Below are positions 1 through 9,844 of a stretch of 25,841 nucleotides of DNA, one piece after another. Location: positions 1 through 25,841 of the forward strand of contig NW_021836088.1 in assembly GCF_006345805.1 (NCBI RefSeq). Direction: 5' to 3'. This DNA comes from Octopus sinensis. Lineage: Eukaryota. The notes under the pieces are model-generated. The model saw only the letters and a list, made by a program, of their open reading frames with translations, was not told the DNA's origin and did not search any database. Every line of letters starts with the position of its first letter. Positions within the stretch are counted from its first letter, which is position 1. Both the position numbers and the translations under genes were made by a program.

Positions 1-320
1 AAATCTCTGTATACCATCTCATATACTCGATATGTCAAGCGTATTTCGTCGTTTGTTTTTGTTTTCAAGTTAATGCTTTACATCGTTTTGCGAACATAAA
101 CTAAATTTTGTTCTGCCACTTCTAACAGTTTTTCTTTTTTTCTTGTTATTTGTATTTGTTCGACTCCAGCCTATTCCAACTCATTCCAATCTGAATAATT
201 CCATTTGATGTATATTCTAAGAATATGCGAACCATTCCAAAGGCACCTGTGTTGCTTGTAACCTAATGATATTTTGTTTGGGTTCTAGAAATGGAGTTGT
301 ATGCAAACAATATATATCAG

Positions 321-506
321 ATATATGCATTCATACATACCCCTCCCACACACGTGTATGCATGTATGTATGTATGTATATATGTAGTATGTATGTATAT
401 GTACGTATGTATGTATGTATATATTATGTATGTATGATTATGTATGTATGTATGTATATATGTATGTATGTATGGTATATATGTATGTAGTATATATGTA
501 TGTATG

Positions 507-539
<33 letters not shown>

Positions 540-601
540 GTATGCATTACATATAATATATATATATCTAATATTATATATCTATATATATATATATATA
601 G

Positions 602-635
<34 letters not shown>
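321..635. repeat. (TATG)n/(TA)n compound microsatellite
   Basis: Visible tandem TATG then TA units; accounts for the low-complexity ORFs at 266-653. Confidence 0.95.
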
Positions 636-636
636 G

Positions 637-1880
637 CAGGGTGCGGTGAATGAATTGTCGTCTAAATTTCGTAAAAAATATAACACTGACATCTCATTTT
701 AATAGATATATTTACCAAAATTCATTAAAAAATCTTGCAATACTAAAGTGTAAATTTCTTCAATAAAATCGCCATTTGCTTCAGCCAGGGCCTTCAGACG
801 ACTTCGGAATTTGCTGCAACACATCTAGACAGTCTCCTTGTTTAAGTCGTTGAATGCTGCCATAATCTTTACCTTCAGTTCATCTTTGGTGTTAGAAGGA
901 GTTTTCTTGATCTCAAACTCAACTGCACCCCACACATAATAAGCAAGGGTGTTGCGGTTTGGTGAGTTTAGTAACCAGATGTTAGGGGTGGTGTGATCAC
1001 AGAAATTGTCTGATAACCATTACTGAATCCTCATGCTTGTGTGGCATGGTGTAGTGTACTGTTGCCAGACATAGGATCTTCCAGCAGACACCTTCTTCAC
1101 CCAGAGTACTACCTCCTCCTGGTACTTGATGTAGGCCTACGTGTTGAGTCTAAGGCCGAGTGGGAAGATGAAAGGAGGCATAACGTCGCCATCACTATTG
1201 ATTACTCCAAACGCCATGATGTTGACTGGATGTTCGATTTTTATCACTCTAGGTACATGTTTTGGGGACATGGCAAGCCAACGGTTGTTCTATGTGTTCA
1301 CAATCTGATCCTGGCAGAAATTTTCCCGTGCGAGAAAAACCAAAGCATGTTCAATTGGAGGGGATGCTTGAGTTTGTTCAAAAGCTTCGTAGCGCAGTCT
1401 TTCCTTTGTCTTTAATGGTCTGGGATAAAATAAGGAATACTGAATTTCTTCATGCAATACCTCCCTGATAAGAAACACAGACACTCTCATGTCCTTGGTG
1501 ATGGACTGATTGACTTGCAGTGGTCATTGTCAATGATGGTCTGGATCTCACCAACAGATTCATGAGTTCTTTTCTTGTCAGAACAATCAGAGTAAGTTTC
1601 CCGAGTTGCCGTACCTTCGTAATCCCCATGAGACTCATCCAACATTTTCCGAATCCTCTACATTGTCATCACATTGACACTCAAACACTGAAATGTTCGC
1701 ATTGAAGCTTTCGGCGCGAATGCTAAGCAGTACAGCATATATTTCCAAAATTACTGGCAGAATGAATCGCATCATGATGATGTTTTTACTCACAGACGGT
1801 GCTCAACTGACCCTACTATACTCTGTAGTCGACAAAATCAAAAACAAAGAATACGCATGCGCGAAGTTGAAAAATCTAAA
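637..1880 (-). mobile_element. Tc1/mariner (maT-like) transposon relic; probable TIR from CAGGGTG at 637
   Basis: Contains the transposase relic. CAGGGTGCGG follows a TA run, as expected for a TIR. The partner TIR was not found and may be lost in the microsatellite after 1880. Confidence 0.6.
699..1775 (-). pseudogene. Degenerate Tc1/mariner transposase, maT/DD37D-like
   Basis: Manual minus-strand translation with frameshifts and stops gives KLLNKLKHP..MLWFFS-(D)EKNFCQDQ..NT*NNRWLA, VMPPFIFP.GLRLNT, VWQQ..TPCHTS..Q*WLSDNF, IWLLNSPNRNTLAYYVWGAVE and SRLKALAEANGDFIE. These match the Tc1/mariner FSDEK, QQD.APCH and WPPNSPDxNPLDYxVW motifs. Confidence 0.85.
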
Positions 1881-1885
1881 ATTGC

Positions 1886-2437
1886 GACACACAAACAGGC
1901 ACACACAAACACACGCGCACGCACGCACACACACGCACACACACACGCGCGAACTCGCGCACGCACGCAGGCACACACGGTCGCACGCACCCCCCCACAC
2001 GTGCACACATGCATGTACACAAACAAACATACGCACGAACACACGCGCACACACTCACGAACACACGGACGCACGCAGACACACATATGTGTTCATGTGT
2101 GTGTGTGTCTGCGTGCGTACGTGTGTGTGTATGTATATGTGAGTGTTTGTGCATGTGTGTATGTGTTCATGTATGTGTGTGTCTGCGTGCGTACGTTGTG
2201 TGTATGTTTATGTGAGTGTGTGTGCATGTGTGTATGTGTTCATGTGTGTGTGTCTGCGTGCGTACGTGTGTGTATGTATATGTGAGTGTGTGTGCATGTG
2301 TGTATGTGTTCATGTGTGTGTCTGCGTGCGTACGTGCATATACATACACACACACACACGTACGCACGCAGACACACACATGAACACATACACACATGCA
2401 CACACACACTGACATATATATATACACACACACACAC
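1886..2437. repeat. CA/GT compound microsatellite with ~70-bp higher-order units
   Basis: GTCTGCGTGCGTACGT at 2107, 2181, 2252 and 2320; inverted versions at 2065 and 2358. Confidence 0.9.
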
Positions 2438-3260
2438 CGTTTGAATTGTTAAATTATACTTCAGTAACTATGCTGGAGTCAACGACATCACAGCGACTAA
2501 AATGGGTTTGGAAACGAGGTTAGAATATGTTTTAAAAGAAATAGCTTATGTTCAGGATCGGTAACGGAAAACTGATCCACAAGGAGTTAGCTAGAATTTC
2601 TATAAATCTTTGCAACTTTTTCACAGCTCTTACCATGTTATTTCGGAATGGTATTAATTAATTGAAATCTGTCGTTTGTTTGTTCTTTCAGTTTTCTAAG
2701 CTTTTTCTTTTATTTTTTTTTATTTTGAGTCCTATACTGTTGATTTATTTCGTTCCTTGTTATATTTTGTTACTCTAAAAAGTCTGTTTAGATATACAAC
2801 AGGTGACACACTTAAAAGCAATTTCTCATTCCAGATTGCTCTAAAGTACAAAACTATTTAGTGATGGTGTTAATGAGGTGCTGAAAATCAGATTTCATTC
2901 ATTTTTTTTTTCAACTTTTAGTTTGGTATTCTTAAATAGTAATTATATTCTTAGCATTTAGCTTTAACAGTTATTTTTTTTTCTCTCTTAGAATGTTCCA
3001 AAACAACAGTTATTTCGAATTTCACATTTATTCCTTTTTGAAATCTAAACAGGGCGGAATGTCGAGAGAAAAACCAGCAAACTTTCATAATTACTTTAAA
3101 ATATTCGTTTTTGCAAATTACTTATTTCATTTTTCCCATTTACATTTGTGTCTTTTTTTTTCAATAGACGTAACTTCACAAAGATAAGATCATACAAAAA
3201 TTTAGAATTAAAATTGGTTATACTGTGTATTGTAACACATTGTAATTTCGTCTGTGCTTA

Positions 3261-3780
3261 CCGTAAATCTTCGAGTATAGTCCGCCCTTAAGTATAATAC
3301 GCAGGGGATTTTTAGGGGGCTGTACCTCTGGAAAACCTAAACCTTGTGTATAATACGCACTCCTTCTCTAACTTGGGTCGTTGCGTAATTAAGTCAGCAG
3401 CACCTTGTCGAACAAACACTTCCGCGCATGCGTAATACAATGATGGTGATGTTCTCAACTGTTATATGGGAATATAAATATGTTTGCAAATTGTTTTTGT
3501 TATATGTTATTTTGTGTTCTGAATACTTTTATTTTAATAAATGTTGCTAACTGCAAGTTATGGATGATTCTTTTATGACTTCATTGCTTTAAGGCTTAGC
3601 TTAAGGTATTTTCGCGCCCGACATCACACAATGCGTCTGAATAAACATTGCGGACAGCAAATAGAGACTCGGACATTGCTAGAAAATTTTTTCATTTTAA
3701 AACCTCGTATATAGTACGCACTAGGGATTTTGACCTTTAAATTTTGGGGGGAAATGCGGATTATACTTGAGGATTTACAG
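3261..3780. mobile_element. 520-bp MITE of the Tc1/mariner-pogo (Tc2-like) type with TA TSD
   Basis: TA|CCGTAAATCTTCGAGTATAGTCCGC ... GCGGATTATACTTGAGGATTTACAG|TA; TIRs match at 21/25 positions. No ORF; the internal GTATAATACGCA motif is repeated. Confidence 0.9.
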
Positions 3781-4404
3781 TATTGAGAAACCGTAAACAA
3801 TGTGTAATAAACGTATCCAAAAAATGAAAATGAAAATCCTGAAGATTGACATAAAGCCATGCTATTTTAGAGGTTGGTAAAAAGGCGATTAAATCTAACA
3901 CTATATTTGATAGTACCTTAGGAAGAAAATCCTTCTCAGTCATGCCAACGGAACTAGAGCAGTTGAGACCCTTCAGCTTGTTAGCCACTCATCTAAGAGA
4001 AGGTATCTCCTTATAAATCTTGCATCCTGATAATTAGTGGGATCGTGGGACTTGGTTCGCCAGATGAATACAAGTGTGAAGGACGATAAAGTGGGTCTGG
4101 CTCTGCACAAACCACGCTCGCTGTAATAATTAATATTCATGATATAGATTGATCAGCAAATCAAGACACGAAAATCATCACTATCATATTGTTTCATAAG
4201 CCCAGTAATTATAGAGAAAGATGCGACGGAGACAGGTTTAACTCTTAACTTTGTACACAGGAGACCTATAAGGTGACGCTTGTATCCCACGGACCAGCAC
4301 TGTGCAGCTGTGTCTTGCTGGATCCTTATTCGTCAAAGCCACGAGACAGTCCAACAATACTGGTGACGCTTCTTTCGTAAATCTGGAAATTATACGAAAT
4401 GAAG

Positions 4405-4573
4405 TGTCAATAGTAACATTGACGCCAGTGTTAAACTGGTGCTTATTTATCGACCCCGAAAAGGTTGAAGGAAAAGTCAACTCCTGTGGCGCTTAAACTC
4501 AGGACGTAATGTTGGAAGAAATATTGCTAAGCATTTTGTCCGTCGCGGTAACGATTCTGCCACTCTCCGCCTT
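4405..4573 (-). mobile_element. Old tRNA-derived SINE (family A), diverged
   Basis: Homologous to the family A copies at 8169 and 12375 (head AAGGCGG..TGGCAGAATCGTTA, body TCGGGGTCGATAAATAAG). Confidence 0.8.
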
Positions 4574-4589
4574 AGAGGCAGTCATAATA

Positions 4590-5137
4590 TTGATTTCCTA
4601 TTTTGGCACAAGGCTAAAAATCTTACAGATCGTGGTGGTAGGCGATTATATCATCACCAGTACATAACTGGTACTTATTTTGCCGATCCCGAAACGATGA
4701 AAGGCAAATTAGCTGAGTTTGAGCTTAGCTGGAAGAAATACCTATTTCATTACTACCCACAAGGGGCTAAACACAGAGAGGACAAACGGATTAAGTCGAT
4801 TATATCGACCCCAGTGCATAACTGGTACTTATTTAATCGACCCCAAAAGATGAAAGGCAAAGTCGCCTCGGCGGATTTGAACTCAAACGTAGCGGCAGAC
4901 GAATACCTATTTCTTTATTACCCACAAGGGGCTAAACATAGAGGACAAACAAGGACAGACATAGGTATTAAGTCGATTACATCGACCCCAGTGCGTAACT
5001 GTTACTAATTTATCGACCCCGAAAGGATGAAAGGCAAAGTCGACCTCGGCGGAATTTGAACTCAGAACGTAGCGGCAGACGGAATATCGCTAAGCATTTT
5101 TCCCGGTGCGGTAACAATTCAGCCATTTCGCCGCCTT
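4590..5137 (-). mobile_element. Family A SINE multimer: head, two young ~180-bp units and a terminal old-type unit
   Basis: Head ends at CCGCCTT (5137). Unit junctions GAAATACCTATTTC at 4735-4748 and GAATACCTATTTC at 4901-4913. Old tail TTTTGGCACAAGG at ~4601. Confidence 0.85.
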
Positions 5138-5594
5138 AGGTAGATAGAAAAGGACAAGCTACCACCTTGGCTTGTTTCAGATTGAGTTACCTAGATACTG
5201 AACTCTTAATGATTTAGAAAAAAAGGTTATATGTTACAGTATCTTGTTAGTTGTCACTCCTGTCTTATTTTACAATGTCACTAATTATTGTTCCAAACAT
5301 TAAATGAACAATTTTAATTACTTAAATATTCTTGATTTACTGCATCACAGTCTAGCACCGATTATACTGATTGAGGTGGGCGAATTGCGTTTTTTTAATC
5401 ATGATACATTATAGTCTCAATTCTATTACTATAGTATATATTTCACTTGTCAGACATTCAGACGTTTCCCAAGTTCAAAATTTAAATTTGCTTTTGTTAC
5501 TTAGAATCCAACGATAGCGCATTGTGTCTTTATTAGAAACCAGCTCCTTTCTTACAGGAAGACCTCAGGTAAAGAAAAATACAAGGAACACATA

Positions 5595-5726
5595 CGTTTC
5601 TATCTATCTATCTATACATACATACATACATACATACATACATGCATACATACATGTGTGTCTATATGTATGTATGTATGTATTATGTATGTATGTATGT
5701 TTATGTATATATATATATTATTATAT

Positions 5727-5762
<36 letters not shown>
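5595..5762. repeat. (CTAT)/(TACA)/(TATG)/(TA) compound microsatellite
   Basis: Visible tandem units. Confidence 0.95.
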
Positions 5763-5765
<3 letters not shown>

Positions 5766-5919
5766 ACGTTTTTTTGCCATTTCAATATGTGCTAACCCCA
5801 AGGGTGGATGCTACTGTAGTTTTTAGCCCCAGGAGGACACCTCCTCCAGCTGGCCATAGACACACTTTCTGTGTCCTGTCAGTATTTGCAAAGGGAAGTC
5901 ATCCTTCCCGTCTTCAACT

Positions 5920-5980
5920 TATGATACACACGGACTCGAGTTTCGAGGTATTGCCTCTTCGTCAGCGTGTGACAATCATA
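5920..5980 (-). ncRNA. Type I hammerhead ribozyme, copy 1 (all conserved core nucleotides present)
   Basis: Minus strand reads UAUGAU-UGU-CACACG CUGACGA A GAGG-CAAUA-CCUC GAAA C-UCGA-G UC/CGUGUG-U-AUCAUA. Predicted GUC cleavage between 5933 and 5932. Confidence 0.85.
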
Positions 5981-6067
5981 GTTGTCGCCGAGATTAGATT
6001 TCCTTTACAAATACTTTACTGGAAAAGTATAAGTATTTGTAAAGGACATCTAATTCTCGGCGACAAC

Positions 6068-6127
6068 TATGATTGTCACACGCTGACGAGAGTCAATACC
6101 TCGAAACTCGAATCCGTGTGTATCATA
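6068..6127 (+). ncRNA. Type I hammerhead ribozyme, copy 2 (AUC variant, weakened stems II and III)
   Basis: CACACG CUGACGA GAG-UCAAUAC-CUC GAAA CUCGA AUC/CGUGUG; predicted site after 6114. Confidence 0.75.
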
Positions 6128-6414
6128 AGTTGAAGACGGGAAGGATGACTCCCTTTGCAAATACTGACAGGACACAGAAAGTGTGTCTATGGCCAGCTGG
6201 AGGAGTGTGTCCTCCTGGGGCTAAAAACTACAGTAGCATCCACCCTTAGGGGTTAGCCATATTGAATGGCAAATACGTCACGTTGTGTTACCACGCTACT
6301 GTATATAACTCACATTGATATTATCATTGTTTATTTCACTTTTCCAATATCAGCGACAGTGGACGCTGGAAAAGTATAAGTGTTTGTAAAGGAAATCTAA
6401 TTCTCGGCGACAAC

Positions 6415-6474
6415 TATGATTGTCACACGCTGAGAGAGGTCAATACCTCGAAACTCGAGTCCGTGTGTATCATA
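6415..6474 (+). ncRNA. Type I hammerhead ribozyme, copy 3 (N7 missing as assembled)
   Basis: CACACG CUGA-GA GAGGU-CAAU-ACCUC GAAA CUCGAG UC/CGUGUG; predicted site after 6461. Confidence 0.7.
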
Positions 6475-6668
6475 AGTTGAAGACGGGAAGGATGACTTCC
6501 TTTGCAATACTGACAGGACACAGAAAGTGTGTCTATGGCCAGCTGAGGAGTGTGTCCTCCTGGGGCTAAAAACTACAGTAGCATCGGCCCTTAGGGGTTC
6601 CATATGAAATGGCAAAAATACATCACGTTTGTTACCGCTACTGTATATAACTCACATTAATATTTATC

Positions 6669-6671
<3 letters not shown>

Positions 6672-6710
<39 letters not shown>

Positions 6711-6727
6711 ATATATATATATTATAT
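6672..6727. repeat. (TA)n microsatellite
   Basis: Visible. Confidence 0.95.
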
Positions 6728-6728
6728 T

Positions 6729-7060
6729 CTAGCAGTATAGCCCGGCGTTGCCGGTATTAATTAAGTAGGATTATTAAGTGATCACCGCTATATTTCAAAC
6801 CAAAATAAGTGACACCGACATCAAATTTGAGCGACATCCGTTGAAATTGGTAAACGTTTGCCGAAAATGTGTTGAAGGCACTTTGATTGGGAAATCCCAT
6901 AAGGAATCGTTTTATCGATTATTTCCACTCATCGATTGTTTTTTTGTGTTTTCTGAGAACTTAAAGCATTCAAAGATCCCTTGAGTTGTAAGTAATACTG
7001 GCATCAAGTTCGAGCAAAATATGTCACAAGTGGTAAAAGTTATGGTTGAATGCCCAAAGT
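6729..7060 (+). mobile_element. Possible Helentron-associated non-autonomous element (HINE/DINE-1-like)
   Basis: Begins CTAGCAGTATAGCCCGGCGTTGCCGG, resembling the subTIR plus CCGG-CGTTG-CCGG stem-loop of Helentron ends. Two diverged ATCAAATTTGAGC-like modules at ~6820 and ~7003. Right boundary uncertain. Confidence 0.45.
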
Positions 7061-7438
7061 TATATTCAATTTTCACTATATTATTATGTCAATACTTGGT
7101 CAAAAGTCTGGAAGATAAATCTGAAATTAGAAATTTTATGTTAAATGCCTAAATATGTACTTTGTATATATGAAAAGCGAATTGCTCAAAGGTGAAACTA
7201 TATTAATTTTAAAAGGTGTTTCAAACGTTTGAACATGGTTGTATTTCGAGAGTTGTTGCTATTTCTTCAGTAATACATCCAACTCATTACCTATCCACGA
7301 TTACATTGCTTAAATAGCCACTAAGTTTAGCGGTGTAACACAATTGGATAAACCAATTTATGTATGCAACACATTTATCGCAAATGGTGCGTATATATTA
7401 ATTGCTTGTAGGGACACCGTTATCATCAGTGGAGCGAA

Positions 7439-7731
7439 TCTTTTTTTTTTCTTTTATTTATGCGCCCTTTTCAAGCCTAGCCAGGCTCATGGACCCTCCA
7501 GCTGGACGGGACGCCAGTCCACCGCAACGTTACCCAAGAAATAGGAAGAAAGAGTGAGAGAAAGTTGGGGCGATAGAGTACAACAGGGGTCGCCACCACC
7601 CCCTGCCGAAGCCTCGTGGAGCCTTAGTGTTTTCGCTCAATAAACACACACAACGCCCAGTCTGAGAATCGATACGGCGATCCTCCGACCGCGAGTCCGC
7701 TGTCCTAACCACTGGGCCATTGCGCCTCTAC
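7439..7731 (-). mobile_element. tRNA-derived SINE (family B) with a V-domain-like segment and 8-bp TSD
   Basis: A box TGGCCCAGTGG (7709-7719) and degenerate B box. Segment GCGGTGGACTGGCGTCCCGTCCAG resembles V-SINE domains (from memory). A-rich tail. TSD GGAGCGAA at 7431-7438 and 7732-7739. Confidence 0.85.
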
Positions 7732-8141
7732 GGAGCGAAACTACTCGTATAAAAGATAGACTATTCTCCGTCAGGACCTATGAAATTGAACAACTCTAAC
7801 AAAAAACTTCGTAAGAGTAACGAGAAATATGTCACAATCGTGGAAGCCTATTGAACAAAGGAAACATCATCTGCATGCAAATATCTGGATATACGCAAAA
7901 AGATAGAGAACCAATAAATGACTTGAAAATATTCTAGAAAAAAACATAGAAGAAAAAAAAACAAAAGCAAAAGAACGAAAATAAAAAGTAGGCGCATGTT
8001 TTGTAACAGAGTAGTGAGAGAAAATAATAAATTAGTTTTGGTGAATGCGATAACAAAAATGTTGATAGCTTTATGTTCTTAGGTGCCACGCCCAATTGTG
8101 AAACAGCTAGCAGATTTGAGAAATTAGTCGCAATATTATGC

Positions 8142-8968
8142 AGGTCGGCGAGCTAGAAGTACCGTAAGTAAAGGCGGCGAGCTGGCAGAAACGTTAGCAC
8201 GCCGGGCGAAATGCATAGCCATATTTCGTCTGCCTTTACGTTCTGAGTTCAAATTCCGCTGAGGTGGACTTTGCCTTTCATCCTTTCGGGGTCAATAAAT
8301 TAAGTACCAGTTACGCACTGAGGTCGATATAATCGACTTAATCCGTTTGTCTGTCCTTGTTTGTCCTCTCTGTATTTAGACCCTTGTGGGTAGTAAAGAA
8401 ATAGGTATTTTGTCCGTGTGAACGTTCTGATTTCAAATTCCGCCGAGGTCGACTTTGCCTTTCATCCTTTCAGGGTCGATTAAATAAGTACCAGTTACGC
8501 ACTGGGGTCGATATAATCGACTTAATCGACTTAATCCTTGTTTGTCTTTTCTGTGTTTAGCCCCTTGTGGGTAGTAAAGAAATAGGTATTTCGTCCGCCG
8601 CTGCGTTCTAAGTTCAAAGTCCGCCGAGGTCGACTTTGCCTTTCATCCTTTCGGGGTCGATAAATTAAGTACCAGTTACGCACTGGGGTCGATGTAATCG
8701 ACTTAATTCGTTTGTCTGTCCTTGTTGTCCCCTCTATGTTTAGCCCCTTGTGGGCAATAAAGAAATAAGAAGTACCGTAAGCTTGCTGGGTAAAATGCTT
8801 AGTGGCATTTCGACAGTCTTTATGTTCTGAGTTACAAATTCTGTTGCGGTCGACTTTAGCTTTTATCGTTGTATGATAGAATGAGGACAAGCTAAATACT
8901 GGGGTTGATGTAATCGACTTAACTCATTTCTCGAAATTAGTGACCTTGTGCCAAAATGAGAAATTAAT
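8142..8968 (+). mobile_element. Old family A SINE split by a younger insertion (pieces 8142-8168 and 8768-8968)
   Basis: GGTCGGCGAGCTAGAAGTACCGTAAG continues as CTTGCTGGGTAAAATGCTTAGTGGCATTTCG after the insert and ends in the old tail GACCTTGTGCCAAAATGAGAA. Confidence 0.8.
8169..8767 (+). mobile_element. Young family A SINE trimer (tRNA head plus three ~181-184-bp units) with 14-bp TSD
   Basis: A box TGGCAGAAACGTTAG, B box GAGTTCAAATTCC. The central GCCTTTCATCCTTTCGGGGTCGATAAA..AGTACCAG resembles the MetaSINE domain (from memory). TSD AGAAGTACCGTAAG at 8155-8168 and 8768-8781. Confidence 0.9.
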
Positions 8969-9019
8969 ATTAACATCATGCAAAATAACAACAACAACAA
9001 CAACAATAATAATATATAT

Positions 9020-9217
9020 TTTTACGATAGGTGCATGGCCTGAAATTTTGTGAGGAGGGTGCCAATGGATTACATTCACTCCAGTGCTCAGCGGATACTT
9101 GTTGCATTGACATCGGAAGGATGACAGACAAAGTCGAATCCGGCAGAATTTGAACTCAGAAAGTAAAAACGGTCGAAGTCGTCTGGTGCGGCAACTATTC
9201 TGCCAGCATGCAGCCTT
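9020..9217 (-). mobile_element. Old family A SINE, diverged
   Basis: GAATTTGAACTCAGAA, ATTCTGCCAGC..GCCTT and the old GGCCTGAAATTT tail. Confidence 0.75.
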
Positions 9218-9266
9218 AATAATAATAATAATAATGATAATAATAATAATAATAGTAATAATGATA

Positions 9267-9304
<38 letters not shown>

Positions 9305-9305
9305 A
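9218..9305. repeat. (AAT)n/(GAT)n microsatellite
   Basis: Visible. Confidence 0.95.
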
Positions 9306-9776
9306 AATGCCCTGATGCAGTACCAGACAGTGTCTCTCATGGCTTCTGATCTTAAATGATTGGAAGTATTATCATGCACTTTGTTTTGTCTTGGTATAAA
9401 AGATGGGATACAGCAATTATTCTGCTCAATACCGCGGATTTGCTTGTCCGTTGTTTGACCTTAACCAGTTAACATGTCCTTTAGTGGTTGACGATATGTG
9501 CATCTCTAATCACGAGCATAAGTAGTGGGGGAGTATCATAGCCATGTGTTGAGAGGGATTCTTTGGGGTTTGAATAATTCACCTCTGGAAACATGGGTGG
9601 TTCATTCAACATCCTTAAACAATCCTTATTCTGGGACCTTTTGAACGGGATGGGCTACTCGACCAGAAGAAAATTCTAACTGGGCCCCACCTGCAAGGTC
9701 ATGCACTGTTTATCTTGATATGAGAACACCATGTAGCGCATATATGGTTGTGATGCATGTGCCTGGTGTATCTTTA
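9306..9776. mobile_element. Unclassified interspersed repeat (second copy at ~24815-25112)
   Basis: ~9585-9775 aligns with ~24833-25025 (e.g. AAACAATCCTTATTCTGGGACCTTTTGA.CGGGATGGGCTACTCGACCAGAAGAAAAT). Both copies are bracketed by (ATN)n repeats. Confidence 0.75.
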
Positions 9777-9844
9777 TAATAATAATAATAATAATGATAA
9801 TAATAATAATAATAATGATAATAATAATAATAATATTAGTAGTC

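Larger units (their letters stand above)
5763..6671 (+). mobile_element. Hammerhead-bearing ~347-nt tandem element (non-LTR retrozyme or Penelope pLTR-like): one inverted partial copy plus ~1.9 direct units
   Basis: 5763-6016 is the reverse complement of 6031-6281. 6019-6328 is repeated at 6366-6671. Each copy contains an HHR. (TA)n flanks both sides. Confidence 0.8.

Noticed and set aside
4261-4380. Possible exon after TTTGTACACAG (ETYKVTLVSHGPALCSC..)
   Set aside because: No recognisable protein similarity and only a weak donor; cannot be supported without RNA-seq.
6017-6366. Sequencing-adapter read-through as the cause of the palindrome
   Set aside because: Neither the loop nor the spacer matches a SMRTbell adapter, the orientation is reverse-forward-forward, and the spacer pairs with the unit. 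A fold-back artefact is still testable and listed under findings.
7230-7275. Minus-strand CTGAAGA..CTCTC GAAAT motif
   Set aside because: Stem II is weak, there is no U at 16.1 and no stem I.
8169-8767. CRISPR-like or satellite interpretation of the ~184-bp tandem units
   Set aside because: There are no unique spacers; the units are SINE body plus tail with a tRNA head and TSD.
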